A model generated the notes under the pieces. That model worked only from the letters and a program-made list of their open reading frames with translations, did not search any database and was not told where the DNA came from. A DNA stretch of 64,000 nucleotides from Acidobacteriota bacterium (GTDB lineage: Bacteria; Acidobacteriota; UBA890). Shown in pieces: positions 38,516 through 47,188 of this stretch (position 1 is the first letter of the stretch; each line of letters starts with the position of its first letter). The position numbers and the translations under genes are program-made. The stretch is from positions 601,827-665,826 of the forward strand of contig OZ244217.1 in NCBI GenBank assembly GCA_965216935.1, written 5' to 3'.

Positions 38516-41500
38516 ATGAAAGCCAGCTACGGAACGACCGGGAAACGACGAATGCGGAACACTCGTCAGGACACACGCAAGCATGGGTTCGCAGCCCTGT
38601 TCTCGGCCGTTGCGCTGACGGCGGCCATGGCCCTCGTGGGCGCCGCACCCGCCTCGGCCCAGGCGGCGCAGGTTGACGAGACCGCATCGGCGCAGAAGAC
38701 CGGCACGATCATGCAGGCGAAGGACAGCCGTGGGACGGCCCAGCCGATCCAGATGCAGCTCCGTCAAACCGGCTACGGCACGACCTACGGCAAGAACAAG
38801 GTCACCTACGACGACTTCGACTTCTGGGTCTACAACGCGCCGCACTTCGACATTTACTACTACCAGGAAGAAGAAGCCCACCTCGACGAGGTGGTTGCCT
38901 TCTCCGAGAATGCGTACCAGCGCCTGCGCCGGCTGCTGAACCACGATCTGTCCGAGCGCACGCCGATCGTCTTCTACCAGACGCACGCCGAGTTCGAGCA
39001 GACCCACATCTTCCCGCTCTTCCTGCCGGAAGGCGTGGCGGCGTTCGCCGAGCCGACCATCAACCGCCTGGTGCTGCCGGTGGACGATCCGCCGGACGAG
39101 CTGCTCAAGCTGCTCACCCACGAGATCGCCCACATCTTCGAGTACGACTTCTTCTACGGCGGCGAGCTGGGGCGCAATATGCGCATGTCGCCGCCCACCT
39201 GGATCATGGAGGGCCTCGCCGAGCACGTGGCCGACAACCTCACCTCGCTCGACGAGATGATGCTGCGCGACGTGGTGCTCGCCGATCAGATCCCCACCCT
39301 GATGCAGATGACGTACAACAGCGGCTTCTTCGTCAACTACGTCCTCGGCCAGGTGGTGTTCGATTACATTGCCGAAGAGTACGGCGAGGACGGCGTGCGG
39401 ATCTTCATGAGCGAGGTGCGGCGCGACCTCGGCCAGGACATCGACCGCGACCTCGAGCGCGCCTTCAACATCTCGCCGTCCGAGTTCAACGAGAACTTCC
39501 GCAACTACCTGCGCGACCGCTACCTCGGCAACGTCCTGGAAGACGACGAGGCCGACGACTTCGGCATCGGCGTGTTCAGCCACATCGAGACCGAAGACCG
39601 CCCGGCCGCCTTCTCGCCTGCCGTTTCGCCCGAGGGCAACGAGTTCGTCGCCGTCTCCGTCGATCGCAAGAACCTCAAGCTCGACATCATGCGCTTCGAC
39701 CTGGACACCGGGGAGGCGCTGGAGAACCTGACGGACGGGATCAACGGCGACTACGAGTACATCATCGCCCAGGGCCTGACCGTCGGTTATCGATCGGGGG
39801 CGGACCTTTCGTGGTCTCCGGACGGCACGCAGGTGGCTTTCTTCGGCCGCACGCCGCCCACCCGCACGCTCTACATCATCGATTCCGACGACGGCGACGT
39901 CGACTTCAAGCAGAAGCTCGACGACCTGGACCAGGCGATGTCACCGGACATTGCCCCGGACGGCCGGGTGGCGTTCGCCGCCCACCTGAATGGCGTCCGC
40001 GACATCTACGTCATCGACCCGGCAAACCCGGAAAACCTGCTGAACGTCACCCAGGACGAGGTCTACGACTACGCTCCGGTGTGGTCGCCGGACGGTCGCA
40101 TCCTGGTCTTCAGCAGCCACGTGCTCGGCTTCAAGAAGCTGTTCATGGTCGATATGTCGCGGCCGCAGCAGCGCGTCCAGCTGACCTTCGGGCTCAACAA
40201 CGACACCCAGCCGGCCTTCTCGCGCGACGGCACCCGGCTGTTTTTCGCCTCGGATCGCACCGGCAAGTACAACCTGTACTCGATGGCGCTCGCCACCGGC
40301 GAGGTGCAGCGGCACACCGACCTGCTGCACGGTGCGTTCTTCCCGCAGCCACTGCCGCAGAACGCCAGCGCCAAGGGCGATCTGTTGTTCAGCAACTATG
40401 GCGACGGGCGCTACGAGCTCTACTTGATGGACATCGCGCCGGAGCCCTTCGAGACCTACATCGCCGACGACGAGGCCCTTCCGGACGAGGAGATCGCCGC
40501 CCTCGAGCAGGAGATGGCGGACGCCTCGACCGTCCAGCTCGACAACAGCAACGTTAGCCAAACGCCGGCGAAGGGCTGGCATATCTCCAACGTCAATGTG
40601 GCCGGCGGGTACGGTCGCTACGGCGGCAGTGGCACCGTGCTGGCCGCACTGTCGATCGAGATCTCCGACCTGCTCGGTAACCACCGGATCGTCGGGATCT
40701 TCGGGTCCGTGCAGAGCCAACGGAACCTGCAGGGTATGTACTTCAACCAGAGCAAGCGGCTGAACTGGGGCGTTTCCGGAACCAGCCAGCGGATGTTCTT
40801 CTTCACCCGCAGCCTCAACAGTCCGGACTCCCTCGATCGCGAGGCGTTCTACGAGCTCGACGGGGCCGAGATCTTCGCGTCCTATCCGCTCAGCCGCGAC
40901 TACCGCGTCGAGATGTCGGCCGGCTTCTACGACCAGCTCTACCTGTTCGACAGCGCGCTGGTGTCGACCGGCGGGGACATCGTCCTCGGCACTGTCTATC
41001 CGAGCGGAACGTATGTGCCGCTGGGACTCGGGCTGATCGCCGACAAGGCGCGCTTTCGCGAGTTCGGCCCGTTCGCCGGCTGGCGTACACGCATCGATTT
41101 TCGCTACGCGCCGCCCAACGTGGCCGATCTGACCTTCCGCGAGTGGATCGTCGATCACCGCATGTACTTCCCGATCACCGCGCGCAATACGCTCGCCTGG
41201 CGGACGTGGCTCGCCTGGAGCAACGGTGAGGACCCGAACGTGTTCTTCATGGGGGGCCTCAATCAGCTGCGCGGCTACGACTGGCTGCAGTTCTCCGGCA
41301 ACCGGGCGTTCTTCTCGAACCTCGAGTACCGCTGGCCGTTCATCGACGAGGTCCGCGGCGGCGCGTTCGCCATCACCGACATCCGCGGGCTGTTCTTCCT
41401 CGACGTCGGCGGCGCCTGGTTCGATGGCTTCGAGTTCGACTTCATCAAGGACGGCCGGCTGCAGGACGCCCTGGCGTCGTTCGGCGGCGGCGTGATGATC

Positions 41501-41605
41501 GATCTGGGGCCGCTGCCGTTGAACTTCTATCTGTCGCAGAAGACGGACGGGCAGCAGTTGATCGATGGGGTGCGGTTCGATTTTTATATCGGCCCGAGGT
41601 TCTAG
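38516..41605 (+). CDS. Outer-membrane multidomain protein: signal peptide, HExxH (peptidase-MA-like) domain, PD40/TolB-like beta-propeller repeats and a C-terminal Omp85 (bacterial surface antigen D15) barrel
   Basis: HEIAHIFE motif. Repeated SWSPDG / APVWSPDGR / AFSRDGTRLFFASDRTGKYNLY blades. C-terminal GGLNQLRGYDW...DFYIGPRF ends in Phe. Confidence 0.75.
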   Translation: MKASYGTTGKRRMRNTRQDTRKHGFAALFSAVALTAAMALVGAAPASAQAAQVDETASAQKTGTIMQAKDSRGTAQPIQMQLRQTGYGTTYGKNKVTYDDFDFWVYNAPHFDIYYYQEEEAHLDEVVAFSENAYQRLRRLLNHDLSERTPIVFYQTHAEFEQTHIFPLFLPEGVAAFAEPTINRLVLPVDDPPDELLKLLTHEIAHIFEYDFFYGGELGRNMRMSPPTWIMEGLAEHVADNLTSLDEMMLRDVVLADQIPTLMQMTYNSGFFVNYVLGQVVFDYIAEEYGEDGVRIFMSEVRRDLGQDIDRDLERAFNISPSEFNENFRNYLRDRYLGNVLEDDEADDFGIGVFSHIETEDRPAAFSPAVSPEGNEFVAVSVDRKNLKLDIMRFDLDTGEALENLTDGINGDYEYIIAQGLTVGYRSGADLSWSPDGTQVAFFGRTPPTRTLYIIDSDDGDVDFKQKLDDLDQAMSPDIAPDGRVAFAAHLNGVRDIYVIDPANPENLLNVTQDEVYDYAPVWSPDGRILVFSSHVLGFKKLFMVDMSRPQQRVQLTFGLNNDTQPAFSRDGTRLFFASDRTGKYNLYSMALATGEVQRHTDLLHGAFFPQPLPQNASAKGDLLFSNYGDGRYELYLMDIAPEPFETYIADDEALPDEEIAALEQEMADASTVQLDNSNVSQTPAKGWHISNVNVAGGYGRYGGSGTVLAALSIEISDLLGNHRIVGIFGSVQSQRNLQGMYFNQSKRLNWGVSGTSQRMFFFTRSLNSPDSLDREAFYELDGAEIFASYPLSRDYRVEMSAGFYDQLYLFDSALVSTGGDIVLGTVYPSGTYVPLGLGLIADKARFREFGPFAGWRTRIDFRYAPPNVADLTFREWIVDHRMYFPITARNTLAWRTWLAWSNGEDPNVFFMGGLNQLRGYDWLQFSGNRAFFSNLEYRWPFIDEVRGGAFAITDIRGLFFLDVGGAWFDGFEFDFIKDGRLQDALASFGGGVMIDLGPLPLNFYLSQKTDGQQLIDGVRFDFYIGPRF

Positions 41606-41874
41606 GGCGAGCGCGAACGCCAGCGCGGGCGATCGCGGCGTTGCGCTGGTCGCGTGATGCTCGACGTACTTCCAGTACGCCTGCGCTCCCGCTCCGGCGC
41701 GCGCCTTGCGCTCACCCGCGCTAGCGTCCGCGCCGCGGTGGCGCCGGTCCGGGATGCGGACTGCGCTTGCTTTCGCTCGCGCTTCCTTCTGAGGCGAAGA
41801 AGGGTCGGAGCGTCAGCCGTGGTGTCCGGCCGAATAGGCGAGGGCGCCTGGTGGCGCGTGAGCAAGAGGACCGC

Positions 41875-42132
41875 TCACGACCAACGTGGGACATCAAAGC
41901 AATATACGATCGGCTCGATTCGGGCGACCCCGCAAACCATCCGTCCATCCCTGGCTACCGCAATATCTCTTATCCCGTAGCCATCTTCCGGTGTATCGCC
42001 GCCGATCGTCAGGCTGGGCGCCAGTATCTGTTGTTGGGCACTGGCGGCGTGGCCCGGATCCAATGACTCTTGCCCAGCCAAAACAACGATCGACACCAAC
42101 GACGCAACAGCTCCGAGTTGGCTCGGGATCAT
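41875..42132 (-). pseudogene. 85-codon remnant: signal peptide plus first blade of a beta-propeller lipoprotein paralog, truncated
   Basis: MIPSQLGAVASLVSIVVLAG...TIGGDTPEDGYGIRDIAVARDGRMV aligns by eye to residues about 60-110 of the intact lipoprotein at 42849..44105 (SIGTAEGDDEYMLGLVRAVAASDDGIYV). Local GC is lower. Confidence 0.45.
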
Positions 42133-42220
42133 CTGTTCCCCCTTTCGTTGTGATCGAGATCCTCGTCTGCGAACAACTCGAGTTGATATGGCAGGCTCAC
42201 CCCAAACAGGCCCAGCCTCT

Positions 42221-42652
42221 TCACAGCGAGTCCGATCGGATCCCGTCCTGGTTGGTAACGGGCGACGACCAGGGGCATTGGCAACTCGAAGCCTGGAGGA
42301 ACACGCTTGAATGGTCCACGACACGACCGTTTCTAAGGACCTCACCACGGGCTGCTACGACGGCGGATACCGCGTTGTCTGTCCCCGAAAGCAGAGTCGC
42401 TGCGAGCTCGCGTTGGTTGGCGGCGTTCCGATGCCACAAGAGTAGGACCATCGGAGGGGTAACGTCGATCTGCCGTACGAGCTGGCTGACGGCCTCGCGC
42501 TCGGCCGTATGCGGCGGAGTCTCCGTTCGCGTTGATACCCGCGAAGCGACGAATACCGGGACACCGACGAGGATCCCAGGAATGGCGACCACCCATAGTG
42601 TGCTCTCGTGCCTGGATACCGTCGGCACAAGGGGAGACGACTGATTGGTCAT
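42221..42652 (-). CDS. Hypothetical small membrane-anchored protein (143 aa)
   Basis: ATG preceded by AAGGAGCGGG. One TM helix (LWVVAIPGILVGVPVFVA). Lies in the lower-GC islet. No recognisable family. Confidence 0.35.
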   Translation of the reverse strand: MTNQSSPLVPTVSRHESTLWVVAIPGILVGVPVFVASRVSTRTETPPHTAEREAVSQLVRQIDVTPPMVLLLWHRNAANQRELAATLLSGTDNAVSAVVAARGEVLRNGRVVDHSSVFLQASSCQCPWSSPVTNQDGIRSDSL

Positions 42653-42848
42653 GTTCCCGCTCCTTGTGGCGGTGCAAGAAAAATGGGGACCTCCCGCTGA
42701 GCGGATGGTCCCCATGTCCAACAATCTATTCCTTGATGCGGCTCGTGCCCAGAGCAAGTGTGCGGTCCGTTACGGTAGAGTCCGCGGACGTGGTGTATGA
42801 AGCCTAGCCAGACGAAGTCGACGTAGTTGGTGGAGGGCGGTGTAGGTT

Positions 42849-44105
42849 TTGGGCATGAGCGCCCGCCGGATCTTTGTTTCCGCCTTCGTTACCTTCTCGG
42901 TCGCCGCATGTGGTCCACAAGCTGGGCCATCTGCCGCCGGCGGCACCTGGGTCGGCACGATCGCGACGGAGGGGGAGCTCACCACCGTCGTCAACGAATC
43001 CGGTTCGGTGTGGGGTGGCGTTGGCACGCTGGTCGAGGAAGCGTCTATCGGCACCGCCGAGGGTGACGACGAGTACATGTTGGGACTCGTCCGCGCGGTG
43101 GCGGCATCGGACGATGGCATCTATGTGCTCGACTCCTCGACGAAAACCGTTCGCTCGTACACCTACGCCGGTGAGTACGTCGGCGATGTCGGCCGTCGCG
43201 GGGAAGGTCCCGGCGAATACACGCAGCCGATGGGCCTGGCTATTGCCCCGGACGGTCGATTGTTCGTGCATGACGCCGGCCGCCGGAGGGTGAGCATCTA
43301 TTCGTCGCACGGTGTGTTCCTCGATTCGTACTTTCTCCCGTACGACGGCCTGGCGCAGCTCGTCGTCAGCCGAGCAAGTGTCGTGTACGGGCCCATTCTC
43401 GTCGATCCGGCAGAGCCCTACGCGCGAATGGCGAGGGGGATGCTCGCCCACGGTCCTGACGGCGCGGTTGGATCACCCATCGTGCCTCGTCGCGTCGAGC
43501 TCGAGGTTCCGCACTTCTCCGGTGGGCGGGGGATGGCTGTTCCGCACGCGCCGGCCTTTGTCTGGGCGATGGACGCCTGGCTCAACGTGATCTCTGGGGT
43601 CGGAAGAACCTATTCCTTCGAGATCGCGCGGGCCGACGGGTCCAGGACGGTGGTTCGCTCCTACCACGACCCCGTCCCGGTCACCGCCGACGAACGTGAC
43701 GCACTCATCGACGAGACGACGGAGTTCATGCGCCGGCGCTACGGCGAATCGTGGGCCTGGGATGGACCCGAGATTCCGTCGGTCAAGCCGGCGTTCGTCC
43801 GCTTCATGCCAACCCAGTCCGGTGAAATCTGGGTTGTTCGGCCCGGCCCGAGCGACCGGGTCGAGCGCGCCGATGGAACGGTACGGTGGCGCGACACGCA
43901 CAACATTGATGTGTTCGATCCAGGCGGCAGACTCCTGGGGAAGGTGAAGGTGCCGGTTGCCTCGGCGACTTGGCTGCGTCTCTACGCGACGGGAGAAGGG
44001 GGGCCTTTTGCATTCGTCCGGGGGAGCACGGTGGTCCTTCCGGTCGAGGACGAGGCCGGAACCATCCTTGTGAAGCGGTTCCGGCTCGTATTGCCGGGCG
44101 AGTGA
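42849..44105 (+). CDS. Lipoprotein with a six-bladed beta-propeller (NHL/TolB-like) fold
   Basis: Lipobox FSVAACG. Repeated blade motifs (DDGIYVLD, PDGRLFVHD, GEIWVVRPG). Confidence 0.6.
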   Translation: MGMSARRIFVSAFVTFSVAACGPQAGPSAAGGTWVGTIATEGELTTVVNESGSVWGGVGTLVEEASIGTAEGDDEYMLGLVRAVAASDDGIYVLDSSTKTVRSYTYAGEYVGDVGRRGEGPGEYTQPMGLAIAPDGRLFVHDAGRRRVSIYSSHGVFLDSYFLPYDGLAQLVVSRASVVYGPILVDPAEPYARMARGMLAHGPDGAVGSPIVPRRVELEVPHFSGGRGMAVPHAPAFVWAMDAWLNVISGVGRTYSFEIARADGSRTVVRSYHDPVPVTADERDALIDETTEFMRRRYGESWAWDGPEIPSVKPAFVRFMPTQSGEIWVVRPGPSDRVERADGTVRWRDTHNIDVFDPGGRLLGKVKVPVASATWLRLYATGEGGPFAFVRGSTVVLPVEDEAGTILVKRFRLVLPGE

Positions 44106-44246
44106 GAGGGATGTGGCCGACGCGCCGCCCGTCGCTCTTTGGGCGGGCCAACGAGGAAATGGCAACGACGCCGTTCTAGCGGGGCCTGACGTTCCCAGCT
44201 TCCGGGGCAGCTTCGTTCGTGTTCGATGAGCTTTCTCATGGAGGTG

Positions 44247-44299
44247 TGTGTTGGAGTGATTGACAACACGTCGCTGCTGTTGGTATGTTCTCCAACACA
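44247..44299 (+). promoter_or_regulatory. Sigma70-like promoter (TTGACA-18 nt-TATGTT) bracketed by a 10-bp inverted repeat (TGTGTTGGAG / CTCCAACACA); the ATG at 44299 implies a near-leaderless transcript
   Basis: Direct reading: TTGACA 44260-44265, TATGTT 44284-44289, inverted-repeat arms 44247-44256 and 44290-44299. Confidence 0.55.
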
Positions 44300-44595
44300 T
44301 GAGCGTCGTTCCGTTGGTGCGTCGTCGCGTCGTTCTGGCGGAGGATGCCTTCGCCGAGGTGGTGATATGGCGCCTGGATGAACCGGTTTCGCCCGCGCGG
44401 CATCGCTTCAAGCATCGGCTCGCCTACGTGGTCGGCGGCGAGTGCGTGTTGCGCTACGACAACGAGCGGGGCAAGGGCGATCATCGACACATGGGCTGCG
44501 AAGAAAGTGCCTACCGGTTCTCGACGCCGGGGCGACTGATGGCGGACTTCGCGGCCGATATCGAGAGGTGGAACCATGAACACGGTCGTTCTTGA
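44299..44595 (+). CDS. Small conserved protein (98 aa), putative toxin-like partner of the downstream wHTH gene
   Basis: Motifs HRFKHRLAYVVGG...RYDNERGKGDHRHMG. Overlaps the downstream gene by 20 nt. I recall similar small-protein/HTH pairs annotated as putative TA modules, but cannot name the family with certainty. Confidence 0.5.
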   Translation: MSVVPLVRRRVVLAEDAFAEVVIWRLDEPVSPARHRFKHRLAYVVGGECVLRYDNERGKGDHRHMGCEESAYRFSTPGRLMADFAADIERWNHEHGRS

Positions 44596-44923
44596 GGTGA
44601 TGCCTTTGTCCGAGGCACTGGACCGCGCCTCCGAGACAATGACGACAGGACGTGCAGAAGACGAGGCGCGCATCAGCTTCGCCACGCCCGAATTGCTCTG
44701 GCAGGTGCTGACCGCGAAACGGTGGGAGATCCTGAAGACTCTCTGCGGGGTCGGCCCCGTTTCGATCCGCGAGGCTGCCCGACGCGTCGAGCGCGACGTG
44801 AAGGCAGTCCACGGCGACGTCACGGCGCTCCTGAACGCCGGCGTCATGAGCCGCACCGAGGACGGTCGCGTCGAGTTCCCGTTCGAAGTCGTAAGGGTCG
44901 AGTTCGAGTTGCGTGCGGCGTAA
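44576..44923 (+). CDS. Winged-helix DNA-binding protein (115 aa), putative antitoxin/regulator of the cassette
   Basis: ELLWQVLTAKRWEILKTLCGVGPVSIREAARRVERDVKAVHGDVTALLNAGV is a wHTH pattern. Confidence 0.55.
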   Translation: MNTVVLEVMPLSEALDRASETMTTGRAEDEARISFATPELLWQVLTAKRWEILKTLCGVGPVSIREAARRVERDVKAVHGDVTALLNAGVMSRTEDGRVEFPFEVVRVEFELRAA

Positions 44924-45003
44924 CGTCCACCATTCGCGGACCGGACATGTCCCTGGCCATGGCTCGGACTCATTGTGCTCGCCGAGCCCTTTCCACCACC
45001 CCG

Positions 45004-45411
45004 TCAGGTCGGCAAACGGGGGATGGCGACGACGTCGCTCTCTACGATTCTTTGCAGGTCGGCGTCGCGGTGGAGGAGGTGGCAGCGGTTGGCCTCGGCG
45101 AGGGCTGCGATGAGGCAGTCGATGGTGGAGCGGACGGTGACGCCGCGCTTTCGGAGGGTGCGGTAGATCTCGGCGGCGCGTACGTAGGGGTGAATGCCGT
45201 CGGGCTGCAGGAAGGTCAGGTCCTCGAACCCCTCGCGGATGCGTTTGTAGCCGGCCGGCCGGCGCAGGCCCTGGAGGACCTCGGCGACGATCACTCCACA
45301 GGTGCAGATGTCGTCCTCGCCAGCGAGGAGATGGGCCAGGGCGCGGGCGGTCTCCGAGTCGTGTTCGTTGATGTGGTCGACCCAGGCCGACGTGTCGACC
45401 AGGATCCTCAA
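45004..45411 (-). CDS. vapC: PIN-domain ribonuclease toxin VapC
   Basis: ILVDTSAWVDHI...D...CGVIVAEVLQG, PIN acidic residues. TTG start overlaps the vapB stop (TTGA). The longer track ORF is an upstream artefact. Confidence 0.85.
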   Translation of the reverse strand: MRILVDTSAWVDHINEHDSETARALAHLLAGEDDICTCGVIVAEVLQGLRRPAGYKRIREGFEDLTFLQPDGIHPYVRAAEIYRTLRKRGVTVRSTIDCLIAALAEANRCHLLHRDADLQRIVESDVVAIPRLPT

Positions 45412-45608
45412 CGGGTCGTGCGCTTGCGGAGGGCGTCGAGATCGCCCTCCCAGGGGCCGCAGCCTTTCAGGTCGGCCAGCTTGCGGACGCGCCGGCGCCG
45501 GGCGTACTCGGTCAGCGCCTCGTTGATGACCGCGGTCTTGGTCCGTCCGGGGGATACCTCCATGGCGGCCGCCAGGGCCTCGTCGTCGATGTTCAACGTG
45601 GTTCGCAT
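45408..45608 (-). CDS. vapB: VapB-type antitoxin (66 aa)
   Basis: MRTTLNIDDEALAAAMEV... typical VapB/ribbon-helix-helix antitoxin N-terminus. Lies immediately upstream of vapC. Confidence 0.8.
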   Translation of the reverse strand: MRTTLNIDDEALAAAMEVSPGRTKTAVINEALTEYARRRRVRKLADLKGCGPWEGDLDALRKRTTR

Positions 45609-45727
45609 GATCTGTATAGTAATGCATACCTTTCTATTGTGAAATCTGCATTAGTTATCGAGATTTCCGTGCCTGTCACCCCGGTTCTTTGAGACGGTCA
45701 CCGCCGATTGTTTGATAGTCTGTGCGC
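45609..45727. promoter_or_regulatory. AT-rich divergent promoter region between vapB and the downstream plus-strand gene
   Basis: tgtatagtaatgcatacctttctattgtgaaatctgcattagttatcgag is strikingly AT-rich for this genome. It contains an ATGCAT palindrome. Confidence 0.5.
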
Positions 45728-46360
45728 ATGGCTCTGTTCGACATCGATGATCCGGGGATTGACGTCGAGGCGCTCGAGGAGCGGGTGCGGGCGGCGATCG
45801 AGTCGAAGCGGGGGGTGCGGTTTTCGGACGAGGAGCTGGCGGAGCTGCGGGCGGCGAAGCTGGAGCCGCGGCTGCGGCGGGAGGATTTGCCGCGGGGGTG
45901 GCTGGAGGAGGCTTCGGAGGTCCGGGCGCGGTTGCCGATCGTCAGCCCGCCGCCCGGCGTGGAGGCTTCGCCGACGGTTTCGCTGTACGAGACCGGCAGT
46001 GCGGGGCTGAAGGGGAAGCTGCTGGGGTTTGCGCGGCGGCTGATGCGGCCGTTTTATCGCTCGACGTTGAACCTCGAGACGACGCTGGCGGAGATGATCG
46101 AGGCGATCAATGCGCAGGGGGCGTGGCTTTCGGAGGCCACCGGGCAGATCGACCGGTGGCGGGAGCGGGACCTGCACCTGTTGCACAATCTCGTCGCCGA
46201 GGTGACGGCGGCGCGGCTGCAGCAGACCCACATGCAGGATCGCATCAACGAGCTGATCCGGCAGCTCGAGGCGCTCAAGGAACGGGAGCGGGCGCTGGAG
46301 GCGCTGACGGTGGGCGGCGAGCCGGGGGAAGAGCGGGCGGATGTTTCACGCGGTAGCTGA
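45728..46360 (+). CDS. Hypothetical protein with a C-terminal coiled coil
   Basis: 211 aa, charged with heptad-like C-terminus (INELIRQLEALKERERALEAL). No recognisable motif. Confidence 0.45.
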   Translation: MALFDIDDPGIDVEALEERVRAAIESKRGVRFSDEELAELRAAKLEPRLRREDLPRGWLEEASEVRARLPIVSPPPGVEASPTVSLYETGSAGLKGKLLGFARRLMRPFYRSTLNLETTLAEMIEAINAQGAWLSEATGQIDRWRERDLHLLHNLVAEVTAARLQQTHMQDRINELIRQLEALKERERALEALTVGGEPGEERADVSRGS

Positions 46361-46527
46361 GCGATCTGCTGTCCCGCCGCTTCCCGCGGCACGCTGACGC
46401 GGAGCTTCCATACGCTTTGGTCCTGTCCTTATCAGGACACGATCCACGCTTTCACCGGCTTGCCTGACGGCAGGCCCAGCCCGTAAAATAGGTCGGTTAC
46501 CCCACCCCCCTTTTTGAGGCTAGGAAG

Positions 46528-46842
46528 ATGTACGCAGTAATTGAAACCGGCGGAAAGCAGTATCGCGTCAGCGAGGGCGACATCGTTCGCGTCGAAAAGC
46601 TCGCGAACGCGGTCGGAGACGAGGTGTCGATCGCCGATGTTCACCTGGTGGCCGACGGCTCCAACGTGCAGCTCGGCCAGCCGACGGTGGCGGGCGCGAG
46701 CGTGACCGGCACCGTGGTCGAGGAAGGCCGAGGCCGCAAGGTCGTGGCTTTCAAGAAGAAGCGGCGCAAGGGCTACAAGCGCAAGATCGGTCACCGGCAG
46801 GACTACACCGCACTTCGAATCGACAAGATCGTCGTTTCCTGA
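46528..46842 (+). CDS. rplU: 50S ribosomal protein L21
   Basis: MYAVIETGGKQYRVSEGDIV... Confidence 0.97.
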   Translation: MYAVIETGGKQYRVSEGDIVRVEKLANAVGDEVSIADVHLVADGSNVQLGQPTVAGASVTGTVVEEGRGRKVVAFKKKRRKGYKRKIGHRQDYTALRIDKIVVS

Positions 46843-46851
46843 GGACGAGAC

Positions 46852-47109
46852 ATGGCACACAAAAAAGGCCAAGGCAGCAGCCGCAACGGCCGTGACAGCA
46901 ACGCCCAGCGCCTCGGCGTGAAGCGATTCGGTGGCCAGTTCGTTACCGGCGGATCGATCATCGTGCGCCAGCGCGGTACCCGCATCAAACCCGGCGAGAA
47001 CGTCGGCGTAGGTCGGGACGATACGCTCTTCGCCAAGGCGGATGGCGTCGTCACCTTCCAGGACAAGGGCCGGCGCGGCAAGTTCGTTTCGGTACTTCCG
47101 GGTCAATAG
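46852..47109 (+). CDS. rpmA: 50S ribosomal protein L27
   Basis: [29 protein letters not shown]... Confidence 0.97.
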   Translation: MAHKKGQGSSRNGRDSNAQRLGVKRFGGQFVTGGSIIVRQRGTRIKPGENVGVGRDDTLFAKADGVVTFQDKGRRGKFVSVLPGQ

Positions 47110-47188
47110 CGCGATCCGGCGGGCCGCCCCCTCACGTTCGTTCGCGTGATCGTCGAAGTGCGCGTGCGGAAGCCGCAGGACCAGATCG

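Noticed and set aside
41780-41800. Short hairpin CCTTCT-GAGGCGA-AGAAGG downstream of the Omp85-fusion gene as a rho-independent terminator.
   Set aside because: The stem is only 6 bp, there is no U-tract, and it lies about 180 bp past the stop. It is too weak to call.
41606-42848. Integrated mobile element (IS or prophage remnant) in the low-GC stretch.
   Set aside because: No transposase or integrase ORF, no terminal inverted repeats, no tRNA or direct-repeat boundaries. I found only a paralog fragment and a small membrane ORF, so I call it an accessory islet, not a mobile element.
44236-44973. 245-aa minus-strand ORF spanning the TA-like cassette.
   Set aside because: It is antisense to two compact, motif-bearing plus-strand genes with a clear promoter. 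Its translation is low-complexity.
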